Assembly (NCBI RefSeq): GCF_009834535.1
Contig: NC_045697.1
Coordinates: 13,270,001 to 13,334,000 of the forward strand
Reading direction: 5' to 3'
Length of the DNA stretch: 64,000 nucleotides
DNA from: Camelus ferus
Lineage: Eukaryota
Shown here: in pieces, positions 13,320-26,044 of the stretch
Position numbering within the stretch: position 1 is the stretch's first letter
Layout: each line of letters opens with the position of its first letter
The notes under the pieces: generated by a model
What the model was told of the DNA's origin: nothing
The model's input: the letters and a program-made list of their open reading frames with translations, nothing else
The model's database searches: none
Position numbers and translations under genes: made by a program

Positions 13320-15745
13320 CTCTTACCCATGTAATTTTTCTTTTCTTTTTTTTTTTCTACCCATTTACTTTTAATCTATATGTATCTTTATATTTAAAGT
13401 GGGTTTCCTACACTAAATGTATAGTTGGGTCGTGTTTTTTGAGCTACTCTGACAATCTGTCTTTCAGTCAGTGCATTTTTAGATTATTGACATTCAAAGG
13501 GACTACTGATACACTTGGATTAATGTCTACCATATTCATTATTTTTTTTTATTTGTTGCTCTTGTTCTTTGTTCTTATTTTTGTCTTCTTCTGTTTTTCT
13601 GCCTTTTGTGGTTTTGATTAAGCAATTCATAATATTTCATGATTTCTGCTTTCTTAGCCTATCAGTTACGCATTTTTAAACTTTTTTTAGTGGTTGCCCT
13701 GCAATTTGCAATATACATTTACAACTAACCCAAGTCTACTTTTAAATAACAATATACCACTTCGTGGGTAGTGTGAATACTTTATAATAACAAGATGATT
13801 TTAATTCCTTTCTCCTGTCCTTTGTAACATCATTTCACTTGTATATAGGCATACTTAAGCAGTTATAGAAATATATATATGTATACACACACATACATAA
13901 TCAAATATAGTGTCACTGTTTTTATTTTGAACAAAATGGTATCTATTAGATCAATTAAGAACAAGAAAAACAATTTTTAAAATTTTACCTTTACTTATTC
14001 CTTCTTCAATGTTTTTCCTTTAGGTAGATTGGAGTTTCTGATCTATAATATTTTTCTTCTCTGAAAAGCACTTGTTTTAACATTACTTTCAAGGAAGGTC
14101 TACTAGCAACAAATCCCTCAATTTTTATTTGTCTGAGAAAGTCTTTATTTCTCCTTCACTTTTCAAGGCTAATTTTTCAGAGTATAAAATTCTAAGCTGG
14201 TATTTTGTTTTATTTTGCTTTTTTCCTCAGCACTTTAAATATTTTATTTCACTCTCTCCTTGCTTGCATGGTTTTCTGAGGAAAAGATGGATATAATGCT
14301 CATCTCTGTTCCTCTGTTGGTAAGGTGTTTTTGTTCCTCTGAATTCTTTTAGAATTTTTTTTCTTTTTATTTGCTTTCCCATAATTTGAAAGTGATGTCC
14401 TGAGGTGCGGTTCTTTGACATTTATCCTGCTTGCTTGGTATTCTCTGAACTTCCCAGATCCATGGCCTGGTGTCTGACATTAATTTACAGAAATTCTTGG
14501 TCGTTATTTCAAATATTTCTGTTCCTTTCTCTTTCTTCTCCTTCTGGTATTCCCATTACATTTATGTTACATCTTTTGTGGTTCTTCCAGTTCTTAGATT
14601 TTCTGTTCTACATTTTTAGTCTTTGTTCTCTTTGCTTTTCTGTTTTTGAGGATTCTTTTGATATATCCTCTAGGTCAAAGATGTTTTCCTCAGTCATGTT
14701 CACTCTACTAATATATCCATCAAAGGCATTCTTTCATTTCTATTATGGTATTTTTATCTGTTATTTATTTTTGGTTCTTTGTTACGATTTCTATCTCCTC
14801 TCTTTATATTGCCCAACTGTTCTTGCATGTTGCCTACTTTATCTGTTAGAGCTCTTAGCCTATTCACGAAAGTTGGTTTAAATTTCCAATCTGATGATTC
14901 CAACGTCCCTGCCATGTCTGGTTCTGATGCTTGCGCTATCTCTTCAAATTGTGTTTTTTGTCCTTTAGTGTGCATTGTAATATTTTTCTTGATAGCCAGA
15001 CATGATGTATTGCTGTAAATGGCACTTTAGGAAGTTAGTGGTAAGGTGTAGGGGGAGTAGAAATATTCTATAGCCCTGTGATTACATCTCAGTCTTTTAG
15101 TGTGCTTATACTTCCTGACTGTTTACTTTGCAGGTTTTTTCTCAGTTTTTTCTCCCTCCTTTGGTGGGACAGGATGGCTAGAGTGGTCTAGAAGTTAGCT
15201 ATTTTCCTTACCCAGGTCACATAGGTTCTGATAATACCCCAGCAGGTTAGGCTCTGGTTAAATAGTTGCCCTTGAGGGTAGAACATGGTATTCTGGAATA
15301 TTACAAACTAGTTTCCTTTTTCCTCCCTGTGTTGGAGACCTGAGGGAATTTTTCTCAGATATTTATTGTGGAAACTTGGTAGAACTCTTTGGGAGCAAAT
15401 CTCATAATATTGTGGGGTCCCTTCCATAACTGGATCCTCCTGGAATTTTTAACTCTCTGAGTTATCCATACTCAGCCTCCAGCAATTTGTCAATTACAGT
15501 GTAGATGTTTCCTACCCAGAACAGGTTCCCTTGAAGATTTCTGTTTGTGAGTCTCTGCTTCAGTAAGTCGTAACTCCCTCTATGTGGTGTCTGTCTCCTC
15601 AGCCTTGAGGGTTGTGGCTTTCCCTGTATCCCTCCTCTCATGAATCCAAGAAAATTGTTGATCTTCATGCTGTTCAGCTTTTTACTTGTTAGGACGAGAT
15701 GGCAACTTCCAAACTCCTTACACGCAGAGCCAGTAACCAAAGTCT
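12995..15745 (-). mobile_element. L1MC-type 5' half: 5'UTR, degenerate ORF1, inter-ORF region and start of ORF2 endonuclease
   Basis: ORF 14754..14975 (KTQFEEIAQASEPDMAGTLESSDWKFK...VGNMQEQLGNIKR) and ORF 14227..14421 (KKILKE...) resemble L1 ORF1p; 12995-13570 is antisense endonuclease-region text. Confidence 0.85.
13286..13317. repeat. (TG)n microsatellite
   Basis: About 15 uninterrupted TG units. Confidence 0.95.
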
Positions 15746-15764
15746 ATTTCCCACTCATAGGTCT

Positions 15765-15882
15765 TTTACTAAGACTGTGATTTTTCAAAGCACAATGATC
15801 CTGTTTTATTCCACTCTGCATCCTTCAGTGGTTCAAGTGTCATGGAAGGCCATCACCTATGAAAGTGTTGTGAATTAAGAAT
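15765..15882 (+). mobile_element. L2 3' end; its upstream part appears to lie at ~12930-12992, left of the L1
   Basis: 'aagactgtgatttttcaaagcacaatgatcctgttttattccactctgcatcc...gtgttgtgaattaagaat'. Confidence 0.5.
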
Positions 15883-16059
15883 ATTTAATTATCATTAAAG
15901 TATTTAAGTTATTAAATCACTAGTATACTTTCTTCCTTCTGCTCATCACACGTTATGAAATCAATTTCAATAGGACCTATCTGGGATGCAGGTGAAAATT
16001 TCCTCTTTGAATGGCATGCAAGAGTAGATGAACTAAAAGCACTCTAGAATATTACAGTG

Positions 16060-16990
16060 AGAACTGCCAAAGATGAACTCTTCCAGAAAAGCGACAAAAC
16101 ACTGGCAAAAACACGTCAAAATTATGGTTGACTTCTTGAATGTAGTGTATGCCAGGATAAAATGCAATGGCATCTTTAAAGTATTGAAAAAATATTCTCA
16201 ATATTGAATTCTATACCTAGTGAAAATAGCCTTCAAAAATAGTGGTGGAAAAGAGATTTTTTTCAGATAAATGAATTGAATTGCCACCAGTGAACAACTA
16301 GAGCATTATCATAAAAAATATAATTCATTGTATAAAATATAAAACAAGAATCTACAAGCCTGTATTTATATAAGAAAGAGGATAATTACATAATTTTGCA
16401 ATCTTTGTGGATTTCTTATTAATACAATGAGAATAATTGTATCTATAGAGTTGAGAAAATTTGCAGATAGCACATTAACTATGTTTTCAAATTTATCACT
16501 ACCAATATGAGAACAGATCAATTTTGTCTCTCCTGCTAAAATGTCAAGAAGAAAACATAACTTCTGTGGCATTTTGGCCAAAAATGCATTACTCGACCCT
16601 CATCCTGAGAAAACATCAAACAAGCTTAAAATGCAAGACATTTCATAAAATAAGAAAAAAGTGTAATCTTAAAGAATGTCAAGGTGATGAAACATAAAAG
16701 ATGAGAAAATAATCCAGATTAAAGAAAAGTAATGAGACACTAAAGTAAAATGAAATATGTGATCCCAAATTATATTTTAAAAAGGAGGAAAAATAGCTAT
16801 ACATCTGCAAAGTATCAGACATTTGAATATAAACTATTTGATAGTCAAGAATATTTTTCAGTGTTAAATTCCCTAATTTTAATAAATTAACTTTTTTAAA
16901 GAGAGTCGTCTCTTCTCAGAAAATACTTAAGTATTAAAGGATGAAGGAGTACAAATTCTCCAATTTGCTCTCAGTTGTTTACTTGCACAC
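16060..16990 (+). mobile_element. Old L1ME fragments (ORF1 end and 3' UTR)
   Basis: 'atggcatctttaaagtattgaaa...gaattctatacctagtgaaaatagccttcaaaaat' (ORF1 C-terminal part) and 'catcctgagaaaacatcaaacaagcttaaaatgcaagaca' (3'UTR). Confidence 0.55.
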
Positions 16991-17004
16991 ACACACAAAC
17001 ACAA

Positions 17005-19530
17005 AGATTTACAATATGCATTTTTAAACTTCCCACTCTACTGTCAAAATACATCATACCACTTCATATATAATGTAAATCCAGCAACAGTGTACTTAAC
17101 TTCCCTCTCCTATTCTTTGTGCTAATGCTTTTATACCTTTTACTTCTATACATCTTATAAACTGTACAGTTCTTCAACATTATTCTTACTTTAAACAGTC
17201 AATTATTTTTAAAGATACTAAAATTAAAAATAAAATATTTTATATCTACCTCCATATTTCATAATTCACTGCTCTTCTTCTGTCTGTGAAGATCTGAAAT
17301 TCCTGTATGCAGCATTGTCTCCCAGTCTGAAGACTTTCCTTTAACATTTCCCACAAAGCAACTAATGATACAATTCTTTGGTTTTGCTTGTCTAAAAAGT
17401 TCTTCATTTCACCTTAAATTGTATAGTACAGTTTTGCTGGATATAAAAATCTAGAGTATCCAGATTTAAGTATATTTTCTTTCAGTACTTATAATAAACC
17501 TTTGACTTCCATTTATTCCAATTAAAAATTGACACCAGAAACTAACACAACATTGTAAAGCAACTATATTTCAATGATAAAAAATACAGATTACAGGGGA
17601 AAAAAATGAACCATTTCTTATTGCTATTGTCCTATATAATGTTTCTCCACACCTGACGTATGGCTTTTCAGATTTTTCTCTTTATCATTGATTTTCAGCA
17701 ATGTGATTAAAATGTACCTTGGAGAGGTTTTCATGTGTTTATTCTGTTTAGGCTTTACTGACCTTGAATTTCTGCATTTTTTCAATGTATGTCCATATCA
17801 ATATGTATATGTGTGTCTATTTATCTATCTATCTATCTTTCTAATCCCCAGGAAAATATTACAGGTAGGCTGGGAACAGAAATATAGATTTGGGAGTTAT
17901 CACATACAAGGATCACTGAGGACATAACCCTGGGGGACATCATAATTTAGAATTATAATAGGAAAAGAGGTTCTATAAGAATGCTGAGGAAATACAGACC
18001 TCAAAGTCAGAAAAAGACCAGGTGACTATGATATAATGGAATATTATCCTACAACACAATTAGGTCAAATTTCAGATAACTAGATATATCTATATATTCA
18101 GTAAAAACCTATTGAATCCTCATAGGTCTCTGTGCCAGTCCCTAGGACAAAAGGAATAAAAAGATGCATAGGACATGGACACTGTCTTTTTTTCACTTTC
18201 ATTTTCTTATTGAAGTATAGTTGATTTATGTTTGATTGCATTTTTAGTTGTATTCAAATTTGAAAATAAATTCACCCATTATTCCTTCAAATAATCATTC
18301 TGCACTCTTTCCCACCTGCCGTTTTACCATGGGACTCCAATTACTTCACAATTAAATACTCAATATCTTTCCATGGGTACTGAGCCCCATTCATGATGCA
18401 CTATCATTTTCTCTCTCTCTCTTTAAAAATAGCTTATAATTCTTTGTCTTCATGTTTACCCATCTTCTCTTCAGTACCGTTTTATTTGCTTTTAAGCCCA
18501 TTCCCTGCATTTTCCCCAAATTTTCAGATTTTGTATTTTTAGCTCTGGAAGTTAAATTTGCTGATATTTATAGTCTCAATTTCTCATCTTGCTGTATGTT
18601 TTCCATAATCCTTGAACATGTTTACAGTAACTCTTTAAAGCCCTTTCTTTTGCTGTTCCATTTTCTCTGCTATTTCTAGTTCTGTTTCTATGACTGCTTT
18701 TTATCCTATGGTTCACACTTCATTGCTAGTTTAGCACTTGTTGTCTGGGTGCCAGATAGTATGTTTGTTACGTTATTGAATATTAGTGTTATGTTGTGTC
18801 TTCAAAGCATGTTGAAAGTTTGTTCTATTTTTTTTTTCTGGTTGATTCTTAAGGTACTTGCTGATCACATTGATTTTTATGAAGTTGAATTTTAAACTTT
18901 ATCAGGATGCTGCTAGCCTAGCTTTACTCTCCTCCTACTTTAGACATCCTACCAACATGTGACCTTCTGGGATTCCTACTGAATTACCTGCATGGTAAGT
19001 GAAGTCTCTCTACCAGAGCTAGTTGGAATTCTAATGTCTTCCAGCCCTGTATGTGTTCTGAGGATTTTTCTGCAAATGTCTGCCTGATTGATAGCTTTTG
19101 GTTGATTTGTTGGTTTTGCCCAGTCCTGTGAAGTTTCTCTATGCATGTGCAGTTTAGAAATCAGACAGACTCAAGGGACCCCCTGCAGCGTTTTGGAACT
19201 CTTTCTCTGAGTAACTCCTTCATCTCCATTACATAGTCCCACAGATTCCAGCCCTGCTGGTTTCTCTGAACTCTCTTTCTTCAGCTCAGTGAAACACCTT
19301 TTCATCATCTCTGTGGCTCTCCCCTCCATGCACAGCAGTAGGAACAAGTATTTACAAGAAAAAGACAAGCTTACTTGTTTGTTCCTCTTCGCCCGTGGTG
19401 CCAGTTTTTTTGTTGACTATTGTCTGTTATCTAAAAGCAGATATTTATATACTTTGTCTAGTTTAATACTTCTATGCAGTGGCAGAGGGAAATCCAGTTT
19501 TGGTTACTTCAACATAACTGCAACTAGAAG
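17005..19530 (-). mobile_element. Old L1ME 5'/ORF1 region, fragmented by L2 pieces (~17865-18185) and very short L1 tails (~17531-17605, ~18187-18232)
   Basis: 'tctgaagactttcctttaacatttc...cttcatttcaccttaaatt...ttttgctggatataaaaatctag' is antisense ORF1/inter-ORF text. Confidence 0.55.
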
Positions 19531-20603
19531 CTTCCATATAGATTCATACAAAATTCAAATTATATGCACTGGGTTAGAGCACTTGGCACTCTGAGCATGA
19601 ACACGGTGGTCTCCCTTATGTAGAGGACTCCAAATGTTTGCTGTAAGACCACCCAGTCTTTGTTGCCTAACATTTGGCCTCTGCTTGATACTTTAATCTC
19701 AATATAATATTTAATATATTAGAAATAAGCTTCCTCTTTCAGCACCTTCAAGTTTTGGTTAATGCTACATGTATTTATGAACATAGACCATGTTTTTAGA
19801 ATAAAAGTCAGTTTATATTTGTTTATAACTTGTTTAATAAAAAGCAGTTTTTATTCTAATAAAAATAAAGAGCAGTATTCTCAGCTAAGAAGAGCATGTG
19901 GACTTTTGAAGATTGTCTATTTTCTGGACTGCCATTGGGATTGTGCAGATTGCATTAATTTACTTAGTATTTCTCAGCTTCATGTATGTCATGACTGACT
20001 ATGGCGTTTTTGGACTCACAACATTCTAACAAATGTTCTGCATTGAAATATATTGAGTGAAGTGAACTTGTTGTGCATCTTTGGGTTAAAGGGGGAGAAG
20101 AGAATAGGTGGTTAGGTTGCTAAGTGCCCTGAGTTTTCAAATGTAGTCCCAATCATTGTCATTCTTCTAGCTCATTGTTGCACTTTTTGGTCTCTTGAAA
20201 GGTCAGTATCTGTAAATTGCAAGTTGTTCTCAAGACATTCTTCTTCCTTTTACTACACTTGAACTGTAGTGTTACATATGTGAAGTATATTTAGAATTTA
20301 TCAAAATTACCTGTATTATAGGTCCCTGATCTTATCAAGTGCTCATGTGCTTAAACATGTTCTGCATTCTTCCACACTGTAAAGGTCAGTTTGAATTCCT
20401 ACCTTTTTATCTACCAATGTCCATCTTAGCTGTATATAAGACTGTATATATATGTATATGAATCCTAACTGGTTAAATTATATGGCATCTCTAAATATTA
20501 TAAATCAATGGCAGATATGTTAGTAGGTTTTATAGTGGCTTAAATATTGATCTTTTCCTCCTCACTTAATGCAACCTTATTTATTTCTATAGAGAAACAG
20601 ATT

Positions 20604-20914
20604 GTTTGAAGATATAATTAGTTAAGGCTACTGGGATCAAATAATCCTGGACTTAAGGTGTTCCATGGAGTGATACAGAGATAAGAAGGCCATGTGAAGA
20701 TAAAGCAGAGATTAGAGTTAAGCAAGCGGAGTCAAGGAACACCTGGGACAACCAGAAGTTGGAAGAGACAAGGAAGCATTCTTTTCTAGAGACTTCAGAA
20801 AAGCAGGGCTCTGCTGACACTTTGATTTTGAACTCCTAGCCTCCAGAGAATAAATTTCTGTTATTTTAAGGCACCAAGTTGTGGTAATGTGTTACAGCCT
20901 AGGAAAGTCATATA
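20604..20914 (+). mobile_element. MaLR LTR (MLT1C-like), partial
   Basis: 'aaggccatgtgaagataaagcagagattagag...accagaagttggaagagacaaggaagcattc...ataaatttctgttattttaag...gttacagcctaggaaagtcatata'. Confidence 0.85.
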
Positions 20915-20965
20915 GGTATGTTTTAAAAAATATTTCAATGAATGGTGGAGAATAAATTAAGATAC

Positions 20966-21345
20966 ACACTGGTATATATATAAAATAAATACACAACAAG
21001 AATTCACTGTACAGCACAGGGAACTATACTCAATATTTTGTAATAACCTATAATGGAAAGGAATCTGGGAAAAAAATATATATAGTAGTTAACATTTGCT
21101 ACATATAAAAATACATAAAAACAAATTTCTTCTGTATATATAGGAAACTATATTCAATACCTTGTAATAACCCTTGATGAAAAAGAATATGAAAATGAAT
21201 ATATGTATGTATATGCATGACTGAGACATTGTGCTGTACACCAGAAACTAAATATGTATATAACTGAATCACTTTGCTGTATACCTAAAACTAACACAAT
21301 AGTATAAATCAACTATATTTCATTAAAAAAAAATGAAAAATAAAA
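20966..21345 (+). mobile_element. Two nested L1 3' ends (cetartiodactyl-type host with a camelid-type insert at 21084-21249)
   Basis: The motif 'gg(g)aactatat/actcaata...ttgtaataacc' occurs twice; a single poly(A) at the end. Confidence 0.8.
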
Positions 21346-22249
21346 TACATTACAAAAATTCTTTCACATGCCTTATATTAACCTATCCATCTTTAAGGAT
21401 CACGTATAAAATATACTTCTTATGACAAAACATAGAAATGACATAAATATCCATAAAGGCAGAATTGACTAAAACAATAGAACACATCATCCAATTAAAT
21501 TTTGACATGCAATTTTATGGTGGATTTTGATAACTCTTTGATGTCATGCTGATTCCATAGCTGACACGACCATGCTAAGCCTTTAAAGATGTTGAGATTG
21601 CCAGTCAATTACCTTCAACTCTTGATTCTTCTCCAAAATGTCTTATGATCACAACTCCAATTACAGGCAATTTCAAAACAGAATTTTTATGCATGGGTGT
21701 TTATGGGTGAGAGAGAGGCTATTCTACTTTTCCCAGCTTTCCAAGAATAAAGAACTCTGTAATTGACCCAATCAACTTGGAAATTACTGTACCAAATACT
21801 CTTGCTAAGTGCATCTTTACATGATACTAATTGAAGAAGAAACTAGGTTTTGATACCATCTCATTATCTGCAGTGAAGTGACCACCATCCAGTAGGATAA
21901 CATTACTTAAATCTGTGAGCTCCACAAGAAAATAATAGGCAATTCTTCCAATAAAGGGTTATGTGGTGAAAAATATGTCATTAAATTTAAATGTGTTTCT
22001 TTATGAAATCCTTATAGTCTTTAAGAAACTAGTATGTATTACGAATCTTTATTTAGAAAAGTATGCATTATTTCTCAAACTTGTTTGTCCTTTGAACACC
22101 CTTTCCATAGATACAGTATCTATAGCAACTCCAAGAAGTGGTGCTCTGAGGAGAATAGTTTGGAAATAGTTATCCAGTGATGGGTGGTATCCTGGGCTTT
22201 TATAGTAGTAACAACATAATATTTACTCTAATATAATACTTTCTTACTC

Positions 22250-22460
22250 TCATAATACTTACATGATAGTCTTACATAATACTTTGTTTCAGGCACTATT
22301 CTAGATATTCTAACTTTTATTACATTATTTAATCTTCTCAACAAATTGGTGACATAGGTAATATTAATATTTCCATTTATCATATTTAAATAAGATACCC
22401 AATGTATCATTCCTGGTTAGTGTTAGAGTAGGAATCTGGAACCCAGGTAACCTGGCTACA
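22250..22460 (-). mobile_element. MIR SINE
   Basis: 'caggcactattctag...ttatttaatcttctcaacaa...ggaatctggaacccaggtaacctggct'. Confidence 0.7.
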
Positions 22461-22529
22461 TTGTTTTTAGATTTAACTTGCAACAAAACTTGTGGGCAAA
22501 TATTGCAACCTGATAAAGGCAAGAATAAG

Positions 22530-23060
22530 CTTAGATACTTGCAGTTGAATATAAGTGAAAAGTCTGCCTTAAACTAACAAACACATTAAGAAATGTATCA
22601 GTTCCACAAAATGGGACTCTGGAAGTAGGGCAGCCTGTATAATTGGAGGTACAATGGCTTAGGGATGTCATCAAGAATCCAGCATCTTTCTCCCTCTTTA
22701 CTTAGTTGCCCAAGGTAATATTTTTCTTAATGTTTGTAGGATGGTTGACAGCAGCAATCAGTGCTGAGGGTTTTCAGAAAGAGATAGAAGTAGAGATGTA
22801 GAAATAATATGTATTTCTAAAACCACCCAATAAAAGCCTTCAGTCTTCTACTGCTTGAATCACCTCTGAACAGATTATTATGGCAAGAGGCATGAAGGTT
22901 GCTAATTATCTTAAGAAACCTGAGCTGATCACTGGAAACCTGGATGGGGTTACATTCATTGTTTGAGACCAGTGATGGTCAAGTCCTAGATTTGAGAGTG
23001 CAGTCAATCCCACCCAACACCAGAGCAGCTACACAATGTACACAGAATCAACTGGATGAT
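22530..23060 (-). mobile_element. Old MaLR LTR (MLT1K/L-like)
   Basis: 'tctggaagtagggcag...atggcttagggatgtcatcaagaatccag' resembles antisense old MLT1. Confidence 0.45.
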
Positions 23061-23404
23061 GAGGAAAGAATCAAGGACCCACCAAAGCCACTGTAGTGAA
23101 CACACGATTATGTGTATATTTAATATTTAAAAATTAACAACTCCAAGTAAATGAGAAATTATCTCTGTTTAATTAATAATTATTTTTAAATAACTTGCTA
23201 TTTCTTATGAGGATAACTTTTCATTTCAACTGGCATATCAAGGATCTGAAGAAATTCTGCTCTCTATGGATTTATAAATCTATGATTGCAGAACTCATAA
23301 ATTTAATTATGTGCTTTGGGAAAGAAATGAAATGAGAGAGAGGAACAGGGTAAAACTGAACACTCTAGGATGATTGAAAATTTGAAATAAAAATTAGAAA
23401 AGTT

Positions 23405-23546
23405 GGGGAAAGGTATAGCTCAAGTGGTAGAGTGCATGCTTAGCATACACAAGGTCCTGAGTTTAATCCCAGTACTTCCTCCAAAAATAAATAATAAAAT
23501 CTAATCACCTCCCCTCTGCCAAAAACATAATAAATAATTTTTTTTT
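23405..23546 (+). mobile_element. tRNA-derived SINE (camelid vic-1 type)
   Basis: GGGGAAAGGTA-TAGCTCAAGTGG (A box), GAGTTTAATCCC (degenerate B box), A-rich linker, C-rich body, A/T tail; imperfect TSD aattagaaaagt/aattgggaaagt; second copy at 32370. Confidence 0.9.
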
Positions 23547-23669
23547 AATTGGGAAAGTAGAGGTGGTAAGCCTATTGATTAATTTACTTCATCCTGAGAT
23601 AGTAATATTTCCTCTGGTTATTTATAAGAGTACCAGTAAGACATCTCCCAAAGTACAGATGAGTTGGAT

Positions 23670-23900
23670 GTTGCAATGACATAGATTCAGATATGTCTGT
23701 GCTCAAGTTCTGACCATGCCATTTGCTAGCTGCATTATTTTGGACAAGTAACGGTTTATCACTCTCTTTCCTCATTTGTTAGACACTATAATAATAGAAG
23801 CGGCTTCAAACTGTTGTTGTAAAAAAGACTTAATGAGATAATGTATATAATGTTCAGTGAAATGCCTGACATTTGTAGGCTCAGTGAATGCTTGCTATTA
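23670..23900 (+). mobile_element. MIR SINE, near full length
   Basis: 'tgccatttgctagctg...tggacaagtaac...tttcctcatttgt...taatgagataatgtatataatgttcagtgaaatgcctgaca'. Confidence 0.8.
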
Positions 23901-24489
23901 ATTTGGTTTAGATTAACAAAGTGTTAGACTTCCTAAGATTTTATGCAAGCTGGAGTCTGCAGAGCCATCTCTCTGCCTGTTATTTCTGATAGTCTGTTTA
24001 AATTTCTCCTATCCCCTGTCATTGTTTCTATTCGTGAAGATTTAAAAGAGGAGTGATAGGAACAAGGATAAACAAGTTGTTTTGGCATTCATATAAACAG
24101 ACTTTCATCTTTGATTTGCTTTCCTTTTCCAGGCATTTATTTGCATAAGGACAAAAAATAAAAGCTGCCTAAGGGCTACATGCCATGCAATCAGAGGAAA
24201 AGTAGGCATGACTTTGAAACTTAATGATCAAAGCACTAGGGATGCCATATTAGGATGCCCCCAAATCTTCAGTTTTGTGAAGAGCTAATGATGGGCTTCA
24301 TGTGATGTTAACAGGCTTTAATTTAAAGGCAAAATATAGCATGGGCTAAAGAGAAATCCAACATAACATGTTCAAAGGTAACTGATCACTCTTATTTATC
24401 ATCAAATGAGGTTATAACCATTACTGATCTTCAAACATAATGAATTCAAATATCTAGTGAGGAGTTGGGCAATTTAGAATCATCACAAT

Positions 24490-24685
24490 AAGGCAGAACT
24501 TTTGGAATCACATGCACCCAAGTCATCTGCTCCTGTCACCTTGGGCAAGCTGTTTAATATCTGGGAGGAGGATCCTGTACCCTCATCTGATAAACTGGTA
24601 TAATACTATAGATCTGAGATTTTTTTTTAAGCATGTATAAGTATATATAAAGCCTGTGTGGCATCAAATAGGCACTTATTATTTG
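24490..24685 (+). mobile_element. MIR SINE, degraded
   Basis: 'gtcaccttgggcaagctgtttaa...cctcatctgataaactggtataata'. Confidence 0.6.
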
Positions 24686-24791
24686 CATACATTTTTTACA
24701 TAAGTTTATTTCTTCATTTATATCACTTGTAAAAACAGACAAAGCAGCTAACAAGTATATATATATCTCTTAAATAATATGTACAAATACA

Positions 24792-26042
24792 GGGAAAGGG
24801 CAACATGGCAGAGTAGGGAGACCCCGAGCTCACCTCCTCCCACAGGCACACCAAATTTAGAACTATTTACAGAGTAATTATTAATGAAAAAGCCTGGAAG
24901 ACTAGCAGAAAATATCTTTTACAACTAAAGATATAAAGAAGAAAGGACAATGAGGCAGGTAGGAGGGGTGGAGATGCTGTATAGTCAAGACCCATACCCC
25001 CAGAAGTGTAACCCACAAACAGGAGAATGACTACAATTGCAAAGGATCTCCCCAGGGAGTAGGCAGTCCAAGCCTCACGTAAGGGTCCCGCACCAGGAAG
25101 ACAAGTCTCCAGAATTTTGACTTTGAATGCCAGTGAAACTTGCTTTTTGGAGAGCCAGAGGGCTATGAGAAATAGAGGCCCTGCTCTGAACTAGTGGGCA
25201 AAAAATTTCCCATGTTCCAGAACCCAGAGAAGAAGCAGTGGTTTGAAAGAAGCCTAGATCAGATCCACCTGATGATCCTGGAGAGCCTCCAGGACAGGCA
25301 GTAGGCAACTGGAGCTCACCCAGGGTCAGACAGTGGTGGCAGCCATGTTGGGGAGCTCGCGCTACCTCGAGGACACTGGTACTGGCAAGCGCCGTTTTGA
25401 AATTGTCCCTTCAGCTTATTAGCACTGGGACTCAGCCCCAACACCAGCCTGTGAAACCAGTGCTGGGACACCTCAGACCAAGAACAAGCTGGGCAGGGAC
25501 AGGAGGCATGCTGCTTTGGGACCCTCTGTGCCCCAGCCATTCTGGGACCCAAGCCTGTCCACCAGAGAGTCTAGGACCTGGCCCCACACACCAGTGCAAT
25601 GATACTAGCCCTGGGACCACCTGGGCTTTGTCGCCAGAGACATTGGGAACTTTCTCCACCCATCAGTGGACAGACAGTAGACCAGGGACCAGCTTCACCC
25701 ACCGGTAAGCTCTGCCAACCAGGGGGGAGTGTGTTGCTGGGGCACATGGGATGTCTCCTACAAAATGTCACTTCTCCAACGTTAGGAAATATAACCAGTC
25801 TATCAAATACAAGGAAATAAAAACAGCAAATTAGGCAAAAAGAGTTGTCAGAGGAACATGTTCCAAGGCAAAGAACAAGATAAAACCTTAGAAGAACTAA
25901 GGGAAGTGGAGATAAGCCATTTACCCAATAAGGTTGAGGTAATGAGTGTAAGAAGGTTCAAAGAACTCAGGAGAAGACTGAAGGAACAGAAGGAGAAGTT
26001 AGAAGTTTTTAGTAAAGAGTGAGAAAATATAAAAAGGAAACA
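24792..26042 (+). mobile_element. L1 5'UTR plus first ~65 codons of ORF1 (cetartiodactyl type); no ORF2 and no 3' end
   Basis: Starts gggaaaggg-CAACATGGC (YY1-site-like, 24801-24809); GC-richer UTR; ~25850-26040 reads RNMFQGKEQDKTLEELREVEISHLPNK...FKELRRRLKEQKEKLEVFSKE*ENIK, resembling the ORF1p N-terminus. Confidence 0.85.
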
Positions 26043-26044
26043 AT

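Noticed and set aside
13238..13621. 127-aa ORF with a VCVCVC run
   Set aside because: (TG)n microsatellite plus antisense L1 sequence.
14405..14881. Longest ORF in the track (158 aa, hydrophobic, transmembrane-like)
   Set aside because: Antisense to L1 ORF1; the T-rich strand gives F/L/S-rich frames with few stops.
23405..23476. tRNA-like sequence (also 32370-32442)
   Set aside because: Followed by a shared non-tRNA body, an A-rich tail and a TSD; these are SINE heads, not tRNA genes.
25075..25820. Dense overlapping ORFs suggesting a GC-rich exon or promoter
   Set aside because: Lies within an L1 5'UTR; higher GC lowers stop frequency, and CpGs are too depleted for a CpG island.
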